Virus record (IMG/VR): IMGVR_UViG_3300028888_000001
Source: a virus
Taxonomy: Duplodnaviria; Caudoviricetes
Direction: 5' to 3' (one strand)
DNA length: 64,000 nucleotides
The translations under genes were made by a program, and so were the position numbers. Of the stretch, positions 11,044 through 22,111 are shown in pieces. Position 1 is the stretch's first letter. Every line of letters begins with the position of its first letter. The notes under the pieces were generated by a model, which saw only the letters and a list, made by a program, of their open reading frames with translations, made no database searches and had not been told where the DNA came from.

Positions 11044-12077
11044 TTTCACAATTTATTGAAAAAATAAAATATTTAGATTTTGATATTGTAGCTATATGTG
11101 GAGATTTGTTTGATTCAAAATTTATGGCTAACAATCCAATCATTGGCTATGTATTATCTTTTATGGATAACCTAATAAATTTGTGTAGAATAAAAAATGC
11201 TAGCTTAATTATTATAGATGGGACTCAAAGTCATGATAATGGGCAATTAAGTTTATTTTATCATTATTTATCAGATCCAACTATAGATCTCCGGATCGTA
11301 GAGAAAATGCAATTTGAATATGTTAAAGGCCTAAGAATTTTATGTATCCCAGAGAGATATGGAATACCAGAAGAAGAGTATAATAAGTTCTTATTCGACT
11401 CTGGTAATTATGATTTATGTCTTCTGCATGGTACTTATAAAGGCTCTTTTAAAGGTTCAGAAATAGCAACCTTAAAAAGTAATCATGCTCCAATATTTTC
11501 TATGAATATGTTTAGCAATTGTGCTGGACCAATACTAATGGGGCATTATCATAAAAACATGTGTTATGATACATATGCTTATTATAATGGATCAGCATTT
11601 AGATTTGCTTTTGGAGAAGAAAACGAAAAGGGCTTTTTGATAACTCTATATAATAATTACACGAGATATCATTATACAGAGTTGATACCAATAAAAAGTC
11701 ACACATATGTTACTATTAATATTAACGACTTATTAAACGATGATCCAAGAAAAATAATCGATTTCATTAAGTCGTATAAAGAATCTCATAATATTGATTA
11801 CATCAGAGTACAGTTTAACAATGCTAATGAAAATATGAATATAGTCAGATCATATTTTCGCAATAACTCAACAGTTGTTTTACAAGAGCTAGATAAGAAA
11901 ACTAGACAGCTAGAACAAATAGATCAAACTGTGCTTGAGCAAAATGCTCAGTATTCTTATATACTAGATAACTCTATAGGAGATTATGATAAGTTTGTTA
12001 TGTATATGAATCAATGCGAGGGCTCTGATTTTATCTCCGTAGAAGAGCTTATAAATTTATTAGAAGGGTGCACATAA
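10962..12077 (+). CDS. SbcD/Mre11-like metallophosphoesterase nuclease
   Basis: SDIH, GDLFD, GTQSHD, HG and GHYH motifs; SbcC-like partner at 61966. Confidence 0.85.
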   Translation: MQTLYKIISISDIHFGATDALYMYNNLISQFIEKIKYLDFDIVAICGDLFDSKFMANNPIIGYVLSFMDNLINLCRIKNASLIIIDGTQSHDNGQLSLFYHYLSDPTIDLRIVEKMQFEYVKGLRILCIPERYGIPEEEYNKFLFDSGNYDLCLLHGTYKGSFKGSEIATLKSNHAPIFSMNMFSNCAGPILMGHYHKNMCYDTYAYYNGSAFRFAFGEENEKGFLITLYNNYTRYHYTELIPIKSHTYVTININDLLNDDPRKIIDFIKSYKESHNIDYIRVQFNNANENMNIVRSYFRNNSTVVLQELDKKTRQLEQIDQTVLEQNAQYSYILDNSIGDYDKFVMYMNQCEGSDFISVEELINLLEGCT

Positions 12078-12493
12078 TGGAAGAAGAGAAAAAATATACA
12101 CGAATTGAAGATATTCAAGAAGTGACTTACGAAGACACAAGGCTACTAAACTTAGTATATTTAAATATATTTAACGAGATTGATGTCATATATAGTCTAA
12201 TAATGTCATTTGCAATATTATTAAGTATATATTTAATTCCGTTCCTGTTGTTATATATGTTTTTAGGCGTAAAATTTTTAAGTTACTCGATCATTGTGCT
12301 GGCATTTATACCAATAATAATTATAACAGCAAGATCATGGAGAAGTTATATATTGAATTTGAAATCTAAAGAGCTCGCTAGAGATAAGCATGATCTAGCT
12401 GTTAGTTATTTTATGCTTACTAAAGAATATGAGCAAGATGAATGGATACGAAATAAGATATTTGAAACTAAAATAAAGCCATTTATAGCTTAA
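12077..12493 (+). CDS. membrane protein
   Basis: Two hydrophobic segments; ATG overlapping the upstream stop. Confidence 0.65.
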   Translation: MEEEKKYTRIEDIQEVTYEDTRLLNLVYLNIFNEIDVIYSLIMSFAILLSIYLIPFLLLYMFLGVKFLSYSIIVLAFIPIIIITARSWRSYILNLKSKELARDKHDLAVSYFMLTKEYEQDEWIRNKIFETKIKPFIA

Positions 12494-12575
12494 TATGATA
12501 TAAATTAGTAGTTAATCTTGGTTAATTTATCCCAAGACATTTAAGTACTAAAAGTCTTAAGGGAGAAAAATATAA

Positions 12576-14330
12576 ATGGAAGATCGAAGAGATAAATATC
12601 GAATCAAAACACAACAGCACAACGATGACAATGTAAAAATAGATATAAAATTTGACATAACTGAATTGGATCTATTATGTGCATATATTGTCAGTGACAA
12701 TAGATCCATTAAACGTGGCAATGTTGTAAATCTAAAAAGAGTTCTTGATATTATGAATATGGCAGTGTATGGTAATGATCAAGAATCTCTATCTAGATTA
12801 GCATTTATCAATAAAGGCATAGATGCAAGATTAAACCATAACTTAAATGACAGCTTTATGATTCTAAAAGAAATCACTGGTGGTATGGGTAACACATCAG
12901 ATGTTACTTTTAGAGAATTAAATAATACAGAAATAGATTGGGTAAACCAATCTATGAGTGAGATAATTAAGTATTCTCACATTGAAGCTCAAGCAGATAC
13001 AGGATTACAGCTATTAACTAAATTAAAATCAACTGATTATACTAACAGAGCTGGTATAGTAAACGATATAGAAAATTGGTTATCAGAAACTCAAAATCTA
13101 TTTCGTAAAGCTAAAGTTGATAATTCAGAAAATCTGTCATTTTCATTAGCTGGAGATGACTATATACAATCTATAGTAGAAACTTATAGGCATATTACAT
13201 CACCATCTAATAATTTAGTATTTGGTACTCAAGCATTAAATTTACTCACCGGCGGTGGATTACAAAATACAAGAGTATATGTATTATTTGGTCTTCCTGG
13301 TGAGGGTAAATCATCGACAATGCTAGATATGGCAATACAGATAAAAAAATATAACGCCAATTATAAATGTAAAGATCCAACTAAGAGACCATGCGTGGTT
13401 GTATTAGTGATGGAAAATGACGTTAGAGAAACAGTGCAGCGCATATTCAGCATGACAACTGGACATGATATGTCAGAGTTTTCTGAAGATGAAGCTTTGA
13501 ATATAATGATGAAAGACGGTCTTCATCTTTCAGAACAAGATCCTATAGATTTGATTATAAGATATAAGCCGAATATGTCTGTAGATACATCTTATCTATA
13601 TACACTGGTTGATGACTTGGAAGATGAGGGCTATGAAGTAATATGTCTATTTCAAGATTATCTTAAGAGAATTAAATCTATAGAGCCAGCTTATAATTCT
13701 GATTTAAGGTTACAGCTTGGTTCTGTTGTAAATGAATTTAAAACGTTTGCTACATTAAAGAATATTCCTGTAGTAACAGCGTCTCAGTTAAATAGAAATG
13801 CAACTAGTTCTATTGATAGTGCACGAATAAAAAATAAATCTGAGCTAGTTCGTCTTATTGGCAGAGCTAATGTTGGTGATTCAAATCTTATATTGGAGAA
13901 TGCAGATTGGATAGCACTTATAGCTCCAGAAGATGATAAAGTATCTGGAGCAAGATATCTCGGAATACAGCGTGTAAAATCAAGATATTATATCCAATCT
14001 GGCACTCATTTTGCATATATACCTTACATAGGAAATTCCATTAAATTTCAAGAGGATTTCTATGATCCGGTGCCATGTCATAAAACTTCTATGATAGATG
14101 AAAGAATGCCAAATGGTATGAGTACTAATATGATAGGAGCTCCAAATGAGATTAAGAATATAACAGAAATGGATGACGTTAAGCTAGAAAATGCAATGGA
14201 TAATATATTTGCTGGGTCTATAATGGCAGCTAGAAATTTCGGCATATATAATCAATACTATGTAAATCCATGCACTGGAACCATGTATAAGAAACTACAT
14301 AAAAAAGAAACAATGATCGAATTAGTTTAA
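12576..14330 (+). CDS. DnaB-like replicative helicase
   Basis: GLPGEGKS Walker A, QDYLKRI, TASQLNR, ENAD motifs (SF4). Confidence 0.9.
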   Translation: MEDRRDKYRIKTQQHNDDNVKIDIKFDITELDLLCAYIVSDNRSIKRGNVVNLKRVLDIMNMAVYGNDQESLSRLAFINKGIDARLNHNLNDSFMILKEITGGMGNTSDVTFRELNNTEIDWVNQSMSEIIKYSHIEAQADTGLQLLTKLKSTDYTNRAGIVNDIENWLSETQNLFRKAKVDNSENLSFSLAGDDYIQSIVETYRHITSPSNNLVFGTQALNLLTGGGLQNTRVYVLFGLPGEGKSSTMLDMAIQIKKYNANYKCKDPTKRPCVVVLVMENDVRETVQRIFSMTTGHDMSEFSEDEALNIMMKDGLHLSEQDPIDLIIRYKPNMSVDTSYLYTLVDDLEDEGYEVICLFQDYLKRIKSIEPAYNSDLRLQLGSVVNEFKTFATLKNIPVVTASQLNRNATSSIDSARIKNKSELVRLIGRANVGDSNLILENADWIALIAPEDDKVSGARYLGIQRVKSRYYIQSGTHFAYIPYIGNSIKFQEDFYDPVPCHKTSMIDERMPNGMSTNMIGAPNEIKNITEMDDVKLENAMDNIFAGSIMAARNFGIYNQYYVNPCTGTMYKKLHKKETMIELV

Positions 14331-14334
14331 ATAC

Positions 14335-14360
14335 TCCGGTGGGCATAAAAGCCCACCGGA
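14335..14360. terminator. bidirectional terminator
   Basis: TCCGGTGGGC-ataaaa-GCCCACCGGA between convergent genes. Confidence 0.75.
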
Positions 14361-14366
14361 AATATT

Positions 14367-14828
14367 TTACATTACGGTTAAATTTTTGTTGTATCTTTGT
14401 ATAGCCACATGATTAGCATTATAAATATAATTACACAGTTGTTGCATTTGCTGTCTTCTTGGTAATAGTATAACTGATTTATTGAATTGCTTGACAGAAT
14501 ACATATCGTTTATGATTAGAATTATATAATAAAGCTCTCCATTATTATATAGCGTATCACATAAAAGCTTAGGTCTATACATATACATGTACATATCTTT
14601 ATCAGTCAAAGAAACTGTAACACAGAATTCATTTCTGATCTCATCTATATAATCAGATACTACATTATATGCGGAATAATGAAACTCTCTACTTAATTCC
14701 GGATATTGAATCTTATCTACAAAAGACAGATTTTTATAGTTCATTATATCATCAGACTGACAGGCTATGAATTGTTCTATAGTGTAAGTCTCTTGAGAAT
14801 CTTGATATACATAATCTAGTGCAGCCAT
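14367..14828 (-). CDS. putative baseplate wedge (T4 gp53/LysM-like) protein
   Basis: YRPKLLCDTLY...YYIILIIN pattern resembles gp53-like proteins. Confidence 0.55.
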   Translation of the reverse strand: MAALDYVYQDSQETYTIEQFIACQSDDIMNYKNLSFVDKIQYPELSREFHYSAYNVVSDYIDEIRNEFCVTVSLTDKDMYMYMYRPKLLCDTLYNNGELYYIILIINDMYSVKQFNKSVILLPRRQQMQQLCNYIYNANHVAIQRYNKNLTVM

Positions 14829-14858
14829 ATATAAATATCACCTCCAATATATAAAAAT

Positions 14859-17800
14859 TTAATTATTTATATTAGGATATGCTGACATATAGCTCATATT
14901 ATTTTGAATAGCAACGTTTAACAAATCTACAATAGTATGCATCATGGCGTTATACATTGGAACTCTCGGATGACCAGATACAAGATTATCTAACCACCAA
15001 GAAGATTCTTTATAAGAAACGTTTCTCCAATCAATTAATAAACAACCATATTTCTCAGCAATATTCACTACAGCATCCTGATATGGAGTATATCTATCGC
15101 TAATCCTCATAGGTGTTATATAACATATAGCAGCATTCGGGCTCTTGCTTATAATAGCATCCCTTATACGCTTCATATTACCATAGAACGTGTCAGGAGG
15201 ATCAGAAGAATCTAGATCAGCTATATCACCAACTGCAACGTTTCTATCATCTGGATTGCTATCGTTAATTCCAAGAGCTACGAAATATAAATTACAAGCA
15301 ACGCCGCTCTGTAAGGCTGATAATCCAGCACTGTTACTAAGCCATGTACGTGTAGTTAATCCGCCTCTAGAAAAATTATAACCAGTGCAGCCATATTCTC
15401 TAGCCATCATTTGAAGCCATGAGTATTCATAAGCGGCACCTTCTTCACCGCTTATACCACTTGCAAAGCTATCTCCAACAACGGCTATTTTAGAAAACAT
15501 AGAGGGAGTAATTTTTATATCTCCAGATGCCGCTTGTTGTTGAGATAAACCATCTAATTTACTTTTAACAGTTTTCAAATCTATTGGTAACTGAAGAGAG
15601 CCATCATCGTTAAGAGGGTTGCCAGTTATCGAAGCTAACTTTGCTCTTGTACTTGTATCTTCTTTTTTAAGATTCTCTATCTGTGCTTGAGTATCAGCGT
15701 TACCTTCAACAAGAGCATTAGTAGTATTAGCAATCTCTGACCTTACTCCTGTAATACGAGTATTGATTTCAGATTTTAATATCTCAAGTCTATTAAGAGT
15801 TGATTCTCTTAATGTGCTAATATTTTCATTTAATCTTTCAACCATATCAGAATTATTATTTTCCATATTTAAACGTATGGAATCTATCTGACCTTGAAGA
15901 TTGGCTGACAAAGCATCAATACCATTATTAAGATTATCATCAAGAGAGTTTAATTCGTTTTCAAGAGTGTTTAATACTCTATCATCGCCCTCAAGAATTT
16001 GTGATTCTACATTTTTTATTCTAGCTTCTATATTCTCATTTATTGCTTTTACTTCATCTTCAATGCGCTCTTTAAATTTATTCTCTAAATTTAAAAATTT
16101 AGAATTAGCTTCAAGACGATTGTTCGTTATTGTTGTATTTAAAGTTTCTACTTCAGAGTCTATTCTGCCATTTATTGTAGTAGATAAATTGCTTATAGAG
16201 TTTGACAATGCTGAAGACTCTTGTGATATTCTCTGAGTTAGCTGATTAGTTTGTTGAGTTTGTGAAGCATTAAAATCTAATACTACTGTATTAATTTTAG
16301 CATCTAATTCACTTCTATGCTTCTGTACTAGCGCTGTTAACGATTCCATTTCTTCATTTACTTTTTGCACCATCAGATTATAATTATTTCTAATAGCATT
16401 ATTTAAAGAAAGTTCTTTGGAATCTATTGTAGCATTAACAGTTTGTATTTTTGAATCTATACTAGAATTAACTTGAGCTATCTTATTATCTACTTGAGTG
16501 CTTAATGTATTTATATTACTATTTATAGTCTGTATTAATTGATTCTTTTGTGCTGAAAGATCTGATTTTAATTGAGTTTCTTTAGTATTAATTGTACTAT
16601 TTAATGCTGCTGTGGTTTGCTCTATAGTAGTATTAACCTGAGCTATAGAAGTGTTTATATAATTATTAATAGTATTTACTTCTGTAGTGATTCTATTATT
16701 TATTGTAGATCCTTGAGTATCAATTCTGCCATTTACAGTCTCTATAGCAGAAGTCATAGTGTCACTTAGGTCTTCTACTTTTTCATCGATGTAGTCTCTA
16801 ACAACATCGTCTCTTGTATTTAATTGACTTTGTATAGTGTCTATACTATCTGATAATGAATTAACTTCTGTATCTATTCTGGTATTAATAGAGCTTACAG
16901 ACTGTGCTAAATCTGACTTTACATTTTCTAAAGCTGCGTCGTTAGATTCTATGTAATTATCTAGATTAGTACTTATAGTTTCCGTAGTCTGATCTAGAGC
17001 ATCTAATCTCCCTATAGTAGAATTATAATGTGCTAGTTCTACATCAGACAAATCAGATATAGATACTGTGAGCGTAGTAGTATTATCATCTATTTTCTTA
17101 TCCAATTCAGTATCTTTTTTGTTTAACTTTTCAATTTCTGTATCGACTTTAGCATCTAGAGTATCTATCTTAGTATCTAAAGTACTATAATTTTCATCTA
17201 CCTTAAGAGATAAAGCATATGCAGATTGTATAATGCTATTATCATTCTCAAACATTAAATCTCTAAGACCATCTACGGTCTCATTTATATATTTATCATT
17301 ATCTATTACTTTTTTATTTACTTTAGAGATTAAATCAGCGACGAACACAAATCGCTGTTCAGATTCTGTTTTATTGCTTTCTATCTCATTATCTAACGAT
17401 TCAACGCTATCGTCTAATCTATTTATTTCCGTATCAAATTTAGAAACTACTTTATCAACCTCAGTATCTAGCTTAGAGTTTACTTCACTTATAGACGTAT
17501 CTAGTCTATCCAATCCAGCATCGACTTTACCGTCTAATCTGCTTACTTCTGTATCTATCTTAGTATCTAATCTAGATATTTCAGCTCCAACTTTAGAATC
17601 CAACATACCGATAGATTCTAAATTTGCTTTAATTTTCTCTGTAGCTTCTTCTATACTAGATTCCAATTGATCTTTTATCTCTTGATGCTTGCCATCTGTA
17701 TATTGCTTACTAGATGATAGAGTCTGTTCTGCTGTTGATACTATAGTTTGATTTAGAGTCTCTACAGATTCATCTACCTTATCAGATAGATTTGATATAG

Positions 17801-18683
17801 ATTCTTCTATATCACTAACCTTACCATCTGTATATTCTCTAAGCTTTTCTATTTTTCTAGCATTCTCAGCTATCTCATCAGAAAAATCATATTCTTCTTC
17901 TATTTTATCTATTTTTGTTGATAAAGTATCTATTCTGATTCCAAGAGCAGCATCTTTATTATCAGTATAAGTTTTTAAATCAGATATAGATTCATCTATA
18001 CCTAACTTTATAGTATTCATTTCATCTGATAATTCTGATGCTGTAGATTGTATTTTATCATCTAGAGATTTTACTTCTGTTGTAATTCTTCTATTTACAG
18101 TATCATCTAAGCTATCTATTTTTCGTTGAACAGAAAGCGATAGTGCGTTTATAGCACTATCTAATGTACTGTAATTATCACCTAAAACTTGCTGTAAAGA
18201 TGTATACTTTGCATTGTAATCGCCTCTAATTTTAGCGTCTTCTTCATCTGAATAATTGATTATTTTTTGCTCTCGTTCATCGAGATTTATTATCTTAATA
18301 ACCCATTTTGAAATTATACTGGTGACATTTTTCGTAGATCCATCATATCGACCAATTATATGACCATCGTTAACATTAGCCCCCACAAAAGCAACTAAGA
18401 ATTTAGTGCCTTTAGGGATAGTTTCTGACCCATAATCGAATGTATATTCTAGTGGAATAAACAGCTCTATATAATTATCGATATTAACAGTTGAAGATCC
18501 TAAATTACCATTACGTCTGTTAATGATATTAGAGTTAGAGGAATTAACCCTAGCAACGACATCTTGAGTCATTATTATGGGGATTTTAAATTTTCCATTA
18601 CCTGGCTCAAATGCATTAACAGCTTCTTGTAATATAGCAACCTCAATCCGCATATTATCTACGTCTAGGTAAGTCGAATTCAT
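14859..18683 (-). CDS. tail fibre/spike-like protein: long coiled coil with C-terminal SGNH hydrolase
   Basis: ~900 aa heptad-rich region; C-terminal VVGDSF, SRGG, ALGIND, GHP blocks. Confidence 0.75.
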   Translation of the reverse strand: MNSTYLDVDNMRIEVAILQEAVNAFEPGNGKFKIPIIMTQDVVARVNSSNSNIINRRNGNLGSSTVNIDNYIELFIPLEYTFDYGSETIPKGTKFLVAFVGANVNDGHIIGRYDGSTKNVTSIISKWVIKIINLDEREQKIINYSDEEDAKIRGDYNAKYTSLQQVLGDNYSTLDSAINALSLSVQRKIDSLDDTVNRRITTEVKSLDDKIQSTASELSDEMNTIKLGIDESISDLKTYTDNKDAALGIRIDTLSTKIDKIEEEYDFSDEIAENARKIEKLREYTDGKVSDIEESISNLSDKVDESVETLNQTIVSTAEQTLSSSKQYTDGKHQEIKDQLESSIEEATEKIKANLESIGMLDSKVGAEISRLDTKIDTEVSRLDGKVDAGLDRLDTSISEVNSKLDTEVDKVVSKFDTEINRLDDSVESLDNEIESNKTESEQRFVFVADLISKVNKKVIDNDKYINETVDGLRDLMFENDNSIIQSAYALSLKVDENYSTLDTKIDTLDAKVDTEIEKLNKKDTELDKKIDDNTTTLTVSISDLSDVELAHYNSTIGRLDALDQTTETISTNLDNYIESNDAALENVKSDLAQSVSSINTRIDTEVNSLSDSIDTIQSQLNTRDDVVRDYIDEKVEDLSDTMTSAIETVNGRIDTQGSTINNRITTEVNTINNYINTSIAQVNTTIEQTTAALNSTINTKETQLKSDLSAQKNQLIQTINSNINTLSTQVDNKIAQVNSSIDSKIQTVNATIDSKELSLNNAIRNNYNLMVQKVNEEMESLTALVQKHRSELDAKINTVVLDFNASQTQQTNQLTQRISQESSALSNSISNLSTTINGRIDSEVETLNTTITNNRLEANSKFLNLENKFKERIEDEVKAINENIEARIKNVESQILEGDDRVLNTLENELNSLDDNLNNGIDALSANLQGQIDSIRLNMENNNSDMVERLNENISTLRESTLNRLEILKSEINTRITGVRSEIANTTNALVEGNADTQAQIENLKKEDTSTRAKLASITGNPLNDDGSLQLPIDLKTVKSKLDGLSQQQAASGDIKITPSMFSKIAVVGDSFASGISGEEGAAYEYSWLQMMAREYGCTGYNFSRGGLTTRTWLSNSAGLSALQSGVACNLYFVALGINDSNPDDRNVAVGDIADLDSSDPPDTFYGNMKRIRDAIISKSPNAAICYITPMRISDRYTPYQDAVVNIAEKYGCLLIDWRNVSYKESSWWLDNLVSGHPRVPMYNAMMHTIVDLLNVAIQNNMSYMSAYPNINN

Positions 18684-18716
18684 AATTTAATAACCCCCTA
18701 AACTTTAAAATAAACG

Positions 18717-18733
18717 TATATTATAATTATGTG
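18717..18733. promoter_or_regulatory. overlapping divergent promoters (early-type TATATTAT on +, late-type CACA-N6-TAAT on -)
   Basis: Both motifs sit in the 97-bp gap between divergent genes. Confidence 0.5.
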
Positions 18734-18780
18734 CGCAGGTGAAAAACTAGCACTAAATTTTTAAGGGAGGATAAATTCAA

Positions 18781-19374
18781 ATGCAAAATTTTTATCATGA
18801 CGAATTCGAGCGTAGACGAATGGAAATTATACGACAAAATATGTATTATGGGGCTCCATTTGTATTTAGAAAACTTACTAAAGAAGAAATGTTTCACCAA
18901 GCTAAATTAGACTTTAACGATATCACGTTAAGGGAATTTAAATTGGGCTTGGATGACAACGATCACGTGTATGATAAAGAAACAGACACGTTGTATCAAA
19001 TATCAGAAAGATTTATAAAATATTCTGAAGAAGAAATTCCGCTTTTACATGCTAACGAGATTGATTTAAACGTAATAGAGAATCCTAGATTAATGGAGAT
19101 TCTATTTGGAATGTGGGCAACTAAGTGGGAAAAGAGAAATAATGCAAAGGTAACAGCTTATTATCAATCTGCAATACGTGGATCTAAGCGAGGTTTCTTT
19201 GTTATGACATATCTATCCGATGGGATTAACAAAGAATTCTCATCCAATGTATTTGTAAATGAGTCTTTAAGAATTTTTAATCTAGTATGTAAGCTTAATC
19301 ATACAGAGCATCTTTATGATGAAGATACTTTAAAAAGACTAGATATAGAAATCATTCGTAAAGGACAAAAGTAA
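18781..19374 (+). CDS. hypothetical protein
   Basis: 197 aa, GGGAGG RBS. Confidence 0.75.
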   Translation: MQNFYHDEFERRRMEIIRQNMYYGAPFVFRKLTKEEMFHQAKLDFNDITLREFKLGLDDNDHVYDKETDTLYQISERFIKYSEEEIPLLHANEIDLNVIENPRLMEILFGMWATKWEKRNNAKVTAYYQSAIRGSKRGFFVMTYLSDGINKEFSSNVFVNESLRIFNLVCKLNHTEHLYDEDTLKRLDIEIIRKGQK

Positions 19375-19375
19375 T

Positions 19376-20713
19376 ATGATATTAAATCAGGGACAAACCT
19401 ATATAGTATCAGAAGCAGTTAACTGGTTTAAATATTCAGATTCTATGCTATTTCAATACGATGGTCCTCCAGGTAGTGGAAAGTCTATCGTATTAAATGC
19501 TATAGTTAGAGAATTAGGTTTAGATATCTATACTGAAATAGCGCCTATGAGTTTTATAGGAGCAGCAAGTCTAGTAATGAGGACTAAAGGATTATATACA
19601 GCTCGAACAGCTCATTCATGGTGTTATGATATAGTAGAACAGCCAAGAAAAGACGAAAACGGAGAAGTTTGTAGAGATTCATATGGAAATATTATTATGT
19701 ATTCTACATTCTATCCTAAAAAGAAATTACCTGATTCTATTAAGCTAATAATCATCGATGAGGCATATTGTATGCCTCTAAGTATGAGACCTACAATAGA
19801 AAAATTTGGTATCAAAGTATTGGCTTGCGGTGACCAAAATCAGTTACCGCCAGTTAAAGATAAACCAGCTTATCTTGTAGATGGGTATATTTATCATCTT
19901 ACAGAAATTATGAGACAAACTGGAGTAGAAGATATATCTTTTATAGCCAACAGAGCGATGAGAGGATTGCCGTTATTAAACGGATACTATGGTCATTCTA
20001 TGGTTATAGATAGAGAAGATCTGACTGATAGTATGCTTATGTGGGCAGATGTAGTTATCTGTTGTACTAACCAAACAAGAGATAAGATAAACAACCACAT
20101 TCGTTTTATCAAGGGATATTCTGGTGTATTGCCAAATTATGGAGAACGGTTAGTCTGTAGAAACAATCAATGGACAGATGGAGTTCCAGATAATTTTGGT
20201 AATGAGATATTTTTGGTTAATGGTTTAATTGGTACTGTAGAAAATCAACCTGGAGTAGAATCATTTGACGGTAAAAAGAAAACATTCATTGTTTCATTTA
20301 GACCAGACTTAGCTCCAGAATGTTTATTTACAGTAGATGCCAATTATGACTATATAACAGCAGACAACAAGATGAGACAGCTAATCAAAAAAGACAAATA
20401 TGAAATGGGAACAATGTTTGAATTTGCATATGCTATAACATGTCATATATCACAGGGTTCTCAATTTCATAAAGTAATTTACATAGAAGAAAGCATGGGA
20501 GGGAATATTCAATCATGCTTAAATCTTGTTGGTCCTACAAGAGCGGATCAACAACTAATCTATGTGAAAAATAACTATAAGCCATGGAAAGATTATAATG
20601 ACCCAGTTCAGTATAATCTCTCTAATTATGAGCGTATTAACAAAGTCAAGGAAAGAAGTAATAAATGGTTTAAGGAGGAAAACACAAATGGCAGAAGAAA
20701 AAACTACTACTGA
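19376..20713 (+). CDS. Dda/RecD-like SF1B helicase
   Basis: GPPGSGKS, IIIDEA, GDQNQLPPV, LTEIMRQ, YAITCHISQGSQF. Confidence 0.9.
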   Translation: MILNQGQTYIVSEAVNWFKYSDSMLFQYDGPPGSGKSIVLNAIVRELGLDIYTEIAPMSFIGAASLVMRTKGLYTARTAHSWCYDIVEQPRKDENGEVCRDSYGNIIMYSTFYPKKKLPDSIKLIIIDEAYCMPLSMRPTIEKFGIKVLACGDQNQLPPVKDKPAYLVDGYIYHLTEIMRQTGVEDISFIANRAMRGLPLLNGYYGHSMVIDREDLTDSMLMWADVVICCTNQTRDKINNHIRFIKGYSGVLPNYGERLVCRNNQWTDGVPDNFGNEIFLVNGLIGTVENQPGVESFDGKKKTFIVSFRPDLAPECLFTVDANYDYITADNKMRQLIKKDKYEMGTMFEFAYAITCHISQGSQFHKVIYIEESMGGNIQSCLNLVGPTRADQQLIYVKNNYKPWKDYNDPVQYNLSNYERINKVKERSNKWFKEENTNGRRKNYY

Positions 20714-20993
20714 TGCGAAGGAATTTAACAATGATAGCACTCAGTCGCAATATAAATTTAAGAGTGAGTATATTGCAAAGCTATTCGACTATGCTATGAA
20801 TACCATGGAAGGCTATAATAATACGATAGATGGCTGGGTCAAACGTATTGAATCTGGAGAGATGAGCATTAAAGATACTCTATTACTTGCTATCAAGGTC
20901 GGATGGGGTTCTGCATTATGTGCAATGGACTGGTCTCTAGCAGAGGTTAAAAAGAAGGCCGCTAATAAAGAGGAGGAAACGTCAAATGAATGA
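20688..20993 (+). CDS. hypothetical protein
   Basis: Start reassigned to ATG 20688 after AAGGAGG. Confidence 0.7.
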   Translation: MAEEKTTTDAKEFNNDSTQSQYKFKSEYIAKLFDYAMNTMEGYNNTIDGWVKRIESGEMSIKDTLLLAIKVGWGSALCAMDWSLAEVKKKAANKEEETSNE

Positions 20994-21231
20994 GTATAAA
21001 TTCAACAATCTGTTTCTTAAAAAGCTATACGATGATGCACCGGATTTAATAGCTAAGAGTGATGTTTTAAAGTCATTTATTTCTGAGGCTGAAGAGGATT
21101 TATCCAAGGGCGCTAACCTTAAAGACACATTGATGTCTGTTCTTATAGCTGGATACTGTGCAGCGTTTGTTAAATTGGATGCTGCATACGGTAATATTAC
21201 TAAAAATGACAAAGATCAAAGTGATAAATAA
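20986..21231 (+). CDS. hypothetical protein (similar to the upstream ORF)
   Basis: Shares a YKF...KL.D...KDTL pattern with 20688..20993. Confidence 0.7.
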   Translation: MNEYKFNNLFLKKLYDDAPDLIAKSDVLKSFISEAEEDLSKGANLKDTLMSVLIAGYCAAFVKLDAAYGNITKNDKDQSDK

Positions 21232-21299
21232 TTATATATAATATTATTGTAGCACTTAACTACCGCTACAATAATTTATTCAAAAGGAGAAACAAACAA

Positions 21300-21650
21300 A
21301 TGAAGAAAGAAATGTTTATTCTGGTAGACACTTTAAATGAATTTAGCAAAGAATTTGAAGGGTCTGACTACAAAACAGAAAAAGAAAACACTGTTGGAGA
21401 TTTTCCTGACGTAGATGAATACGATTTAGGATATGCTAACGGCTACACTAAAGCAGTCTATAAGACCGCTAAGATGATTGCGTTTGATGAGGTTGCAGAG
21501 TTTACAGAACTTATCTCTAATGAAGCTAGCCCGTTAGATGTAGTTACTGTAAATAGCAGCTTCAGCAGCAGCACAGATGAAACAGATGCGGAAGTGGATG
21601 ATGACGAAGAATATGAAGGAGAGCTTGATATCATAGAGGAGGACGATTAA
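21300..21650 (+). CDS. acidic hypothetical protein
   Basis: 116 aa, AAGGAG RBS. Confidence 0.75.
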   Translation: MKKEMFILVDTLNEFSKEFEGSDYKTEKENTVGDFPDVDEYDLGYANGYTKAVYKTAKMIAFDEVAEFTELISNEASPLDVVTVNSSFSSSTDETDAEVDDDEEYEGELDIIEEDD

Positions 21651-21651
21651 T

Positions 21652-22095
21652 ATGGCAGCGAAAGTAAAAATGTATGATGTCGTCAATCCAGATGCTGATA
21701 TCGAGTACGATAAAAAAGTTCAAGAGAAGAGTCCTGAACTGAAATATTATCTTATCTGTATCGCAGCAAAATTTGGTTATGGCGACGATATGTGGAATAT
21801 TGTCCAAGGTAGATCAGAAGCTTACAACTATATCATCGAGAATATCGAGATGATTAATCTTGATGATAGCTTTATTTTGGTTGAGGGCTTAGGTTTAGAG
21901 CACCGTAAATCAATATACGCATTCTGTAAGTATGCACAGCAGTTCTTCGAGAATGCGTTTGATATCGATGACTATATTAAAGGCGACTGGGATGAAAGGG
22001 ATTACCAGCTTAGGAATAATATAGATCCCACGTTTAATAGCACACAAAAAGTATCAATGCAAGATATTATGAATGGAACCACTTCATTTGATTAA
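21652..22095 (+). CDS. hypothetical protein
   Basis: 147 aa, GGAGG RBS. Confidence 0.75.
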   Translation: MAAKVKMYDVVNPDADIEYDKKVQEKSPELKYYLICIAAKFGYGDDMWNIVQGRSEAYNYIIENIEMINLDDSFILVEGLGLEHRKSIYAFCKYAQQFFENAFDIDDYIKGDWDERDYQLRNNIDPTFNSTQKVSMQDIMNGTTSFD

Positions 22096-22111
22096 TAGGG
22101 GGGTGATTTAG

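Noticed and set aside
15190-17670. Plus-strand ORFs 15190, 15901 and 17233, and similar short antisense ORFs elsewhere
   Set aside because: They are Ser/Leu-rich shadows of real genes on the opposite strand and have no RBS.
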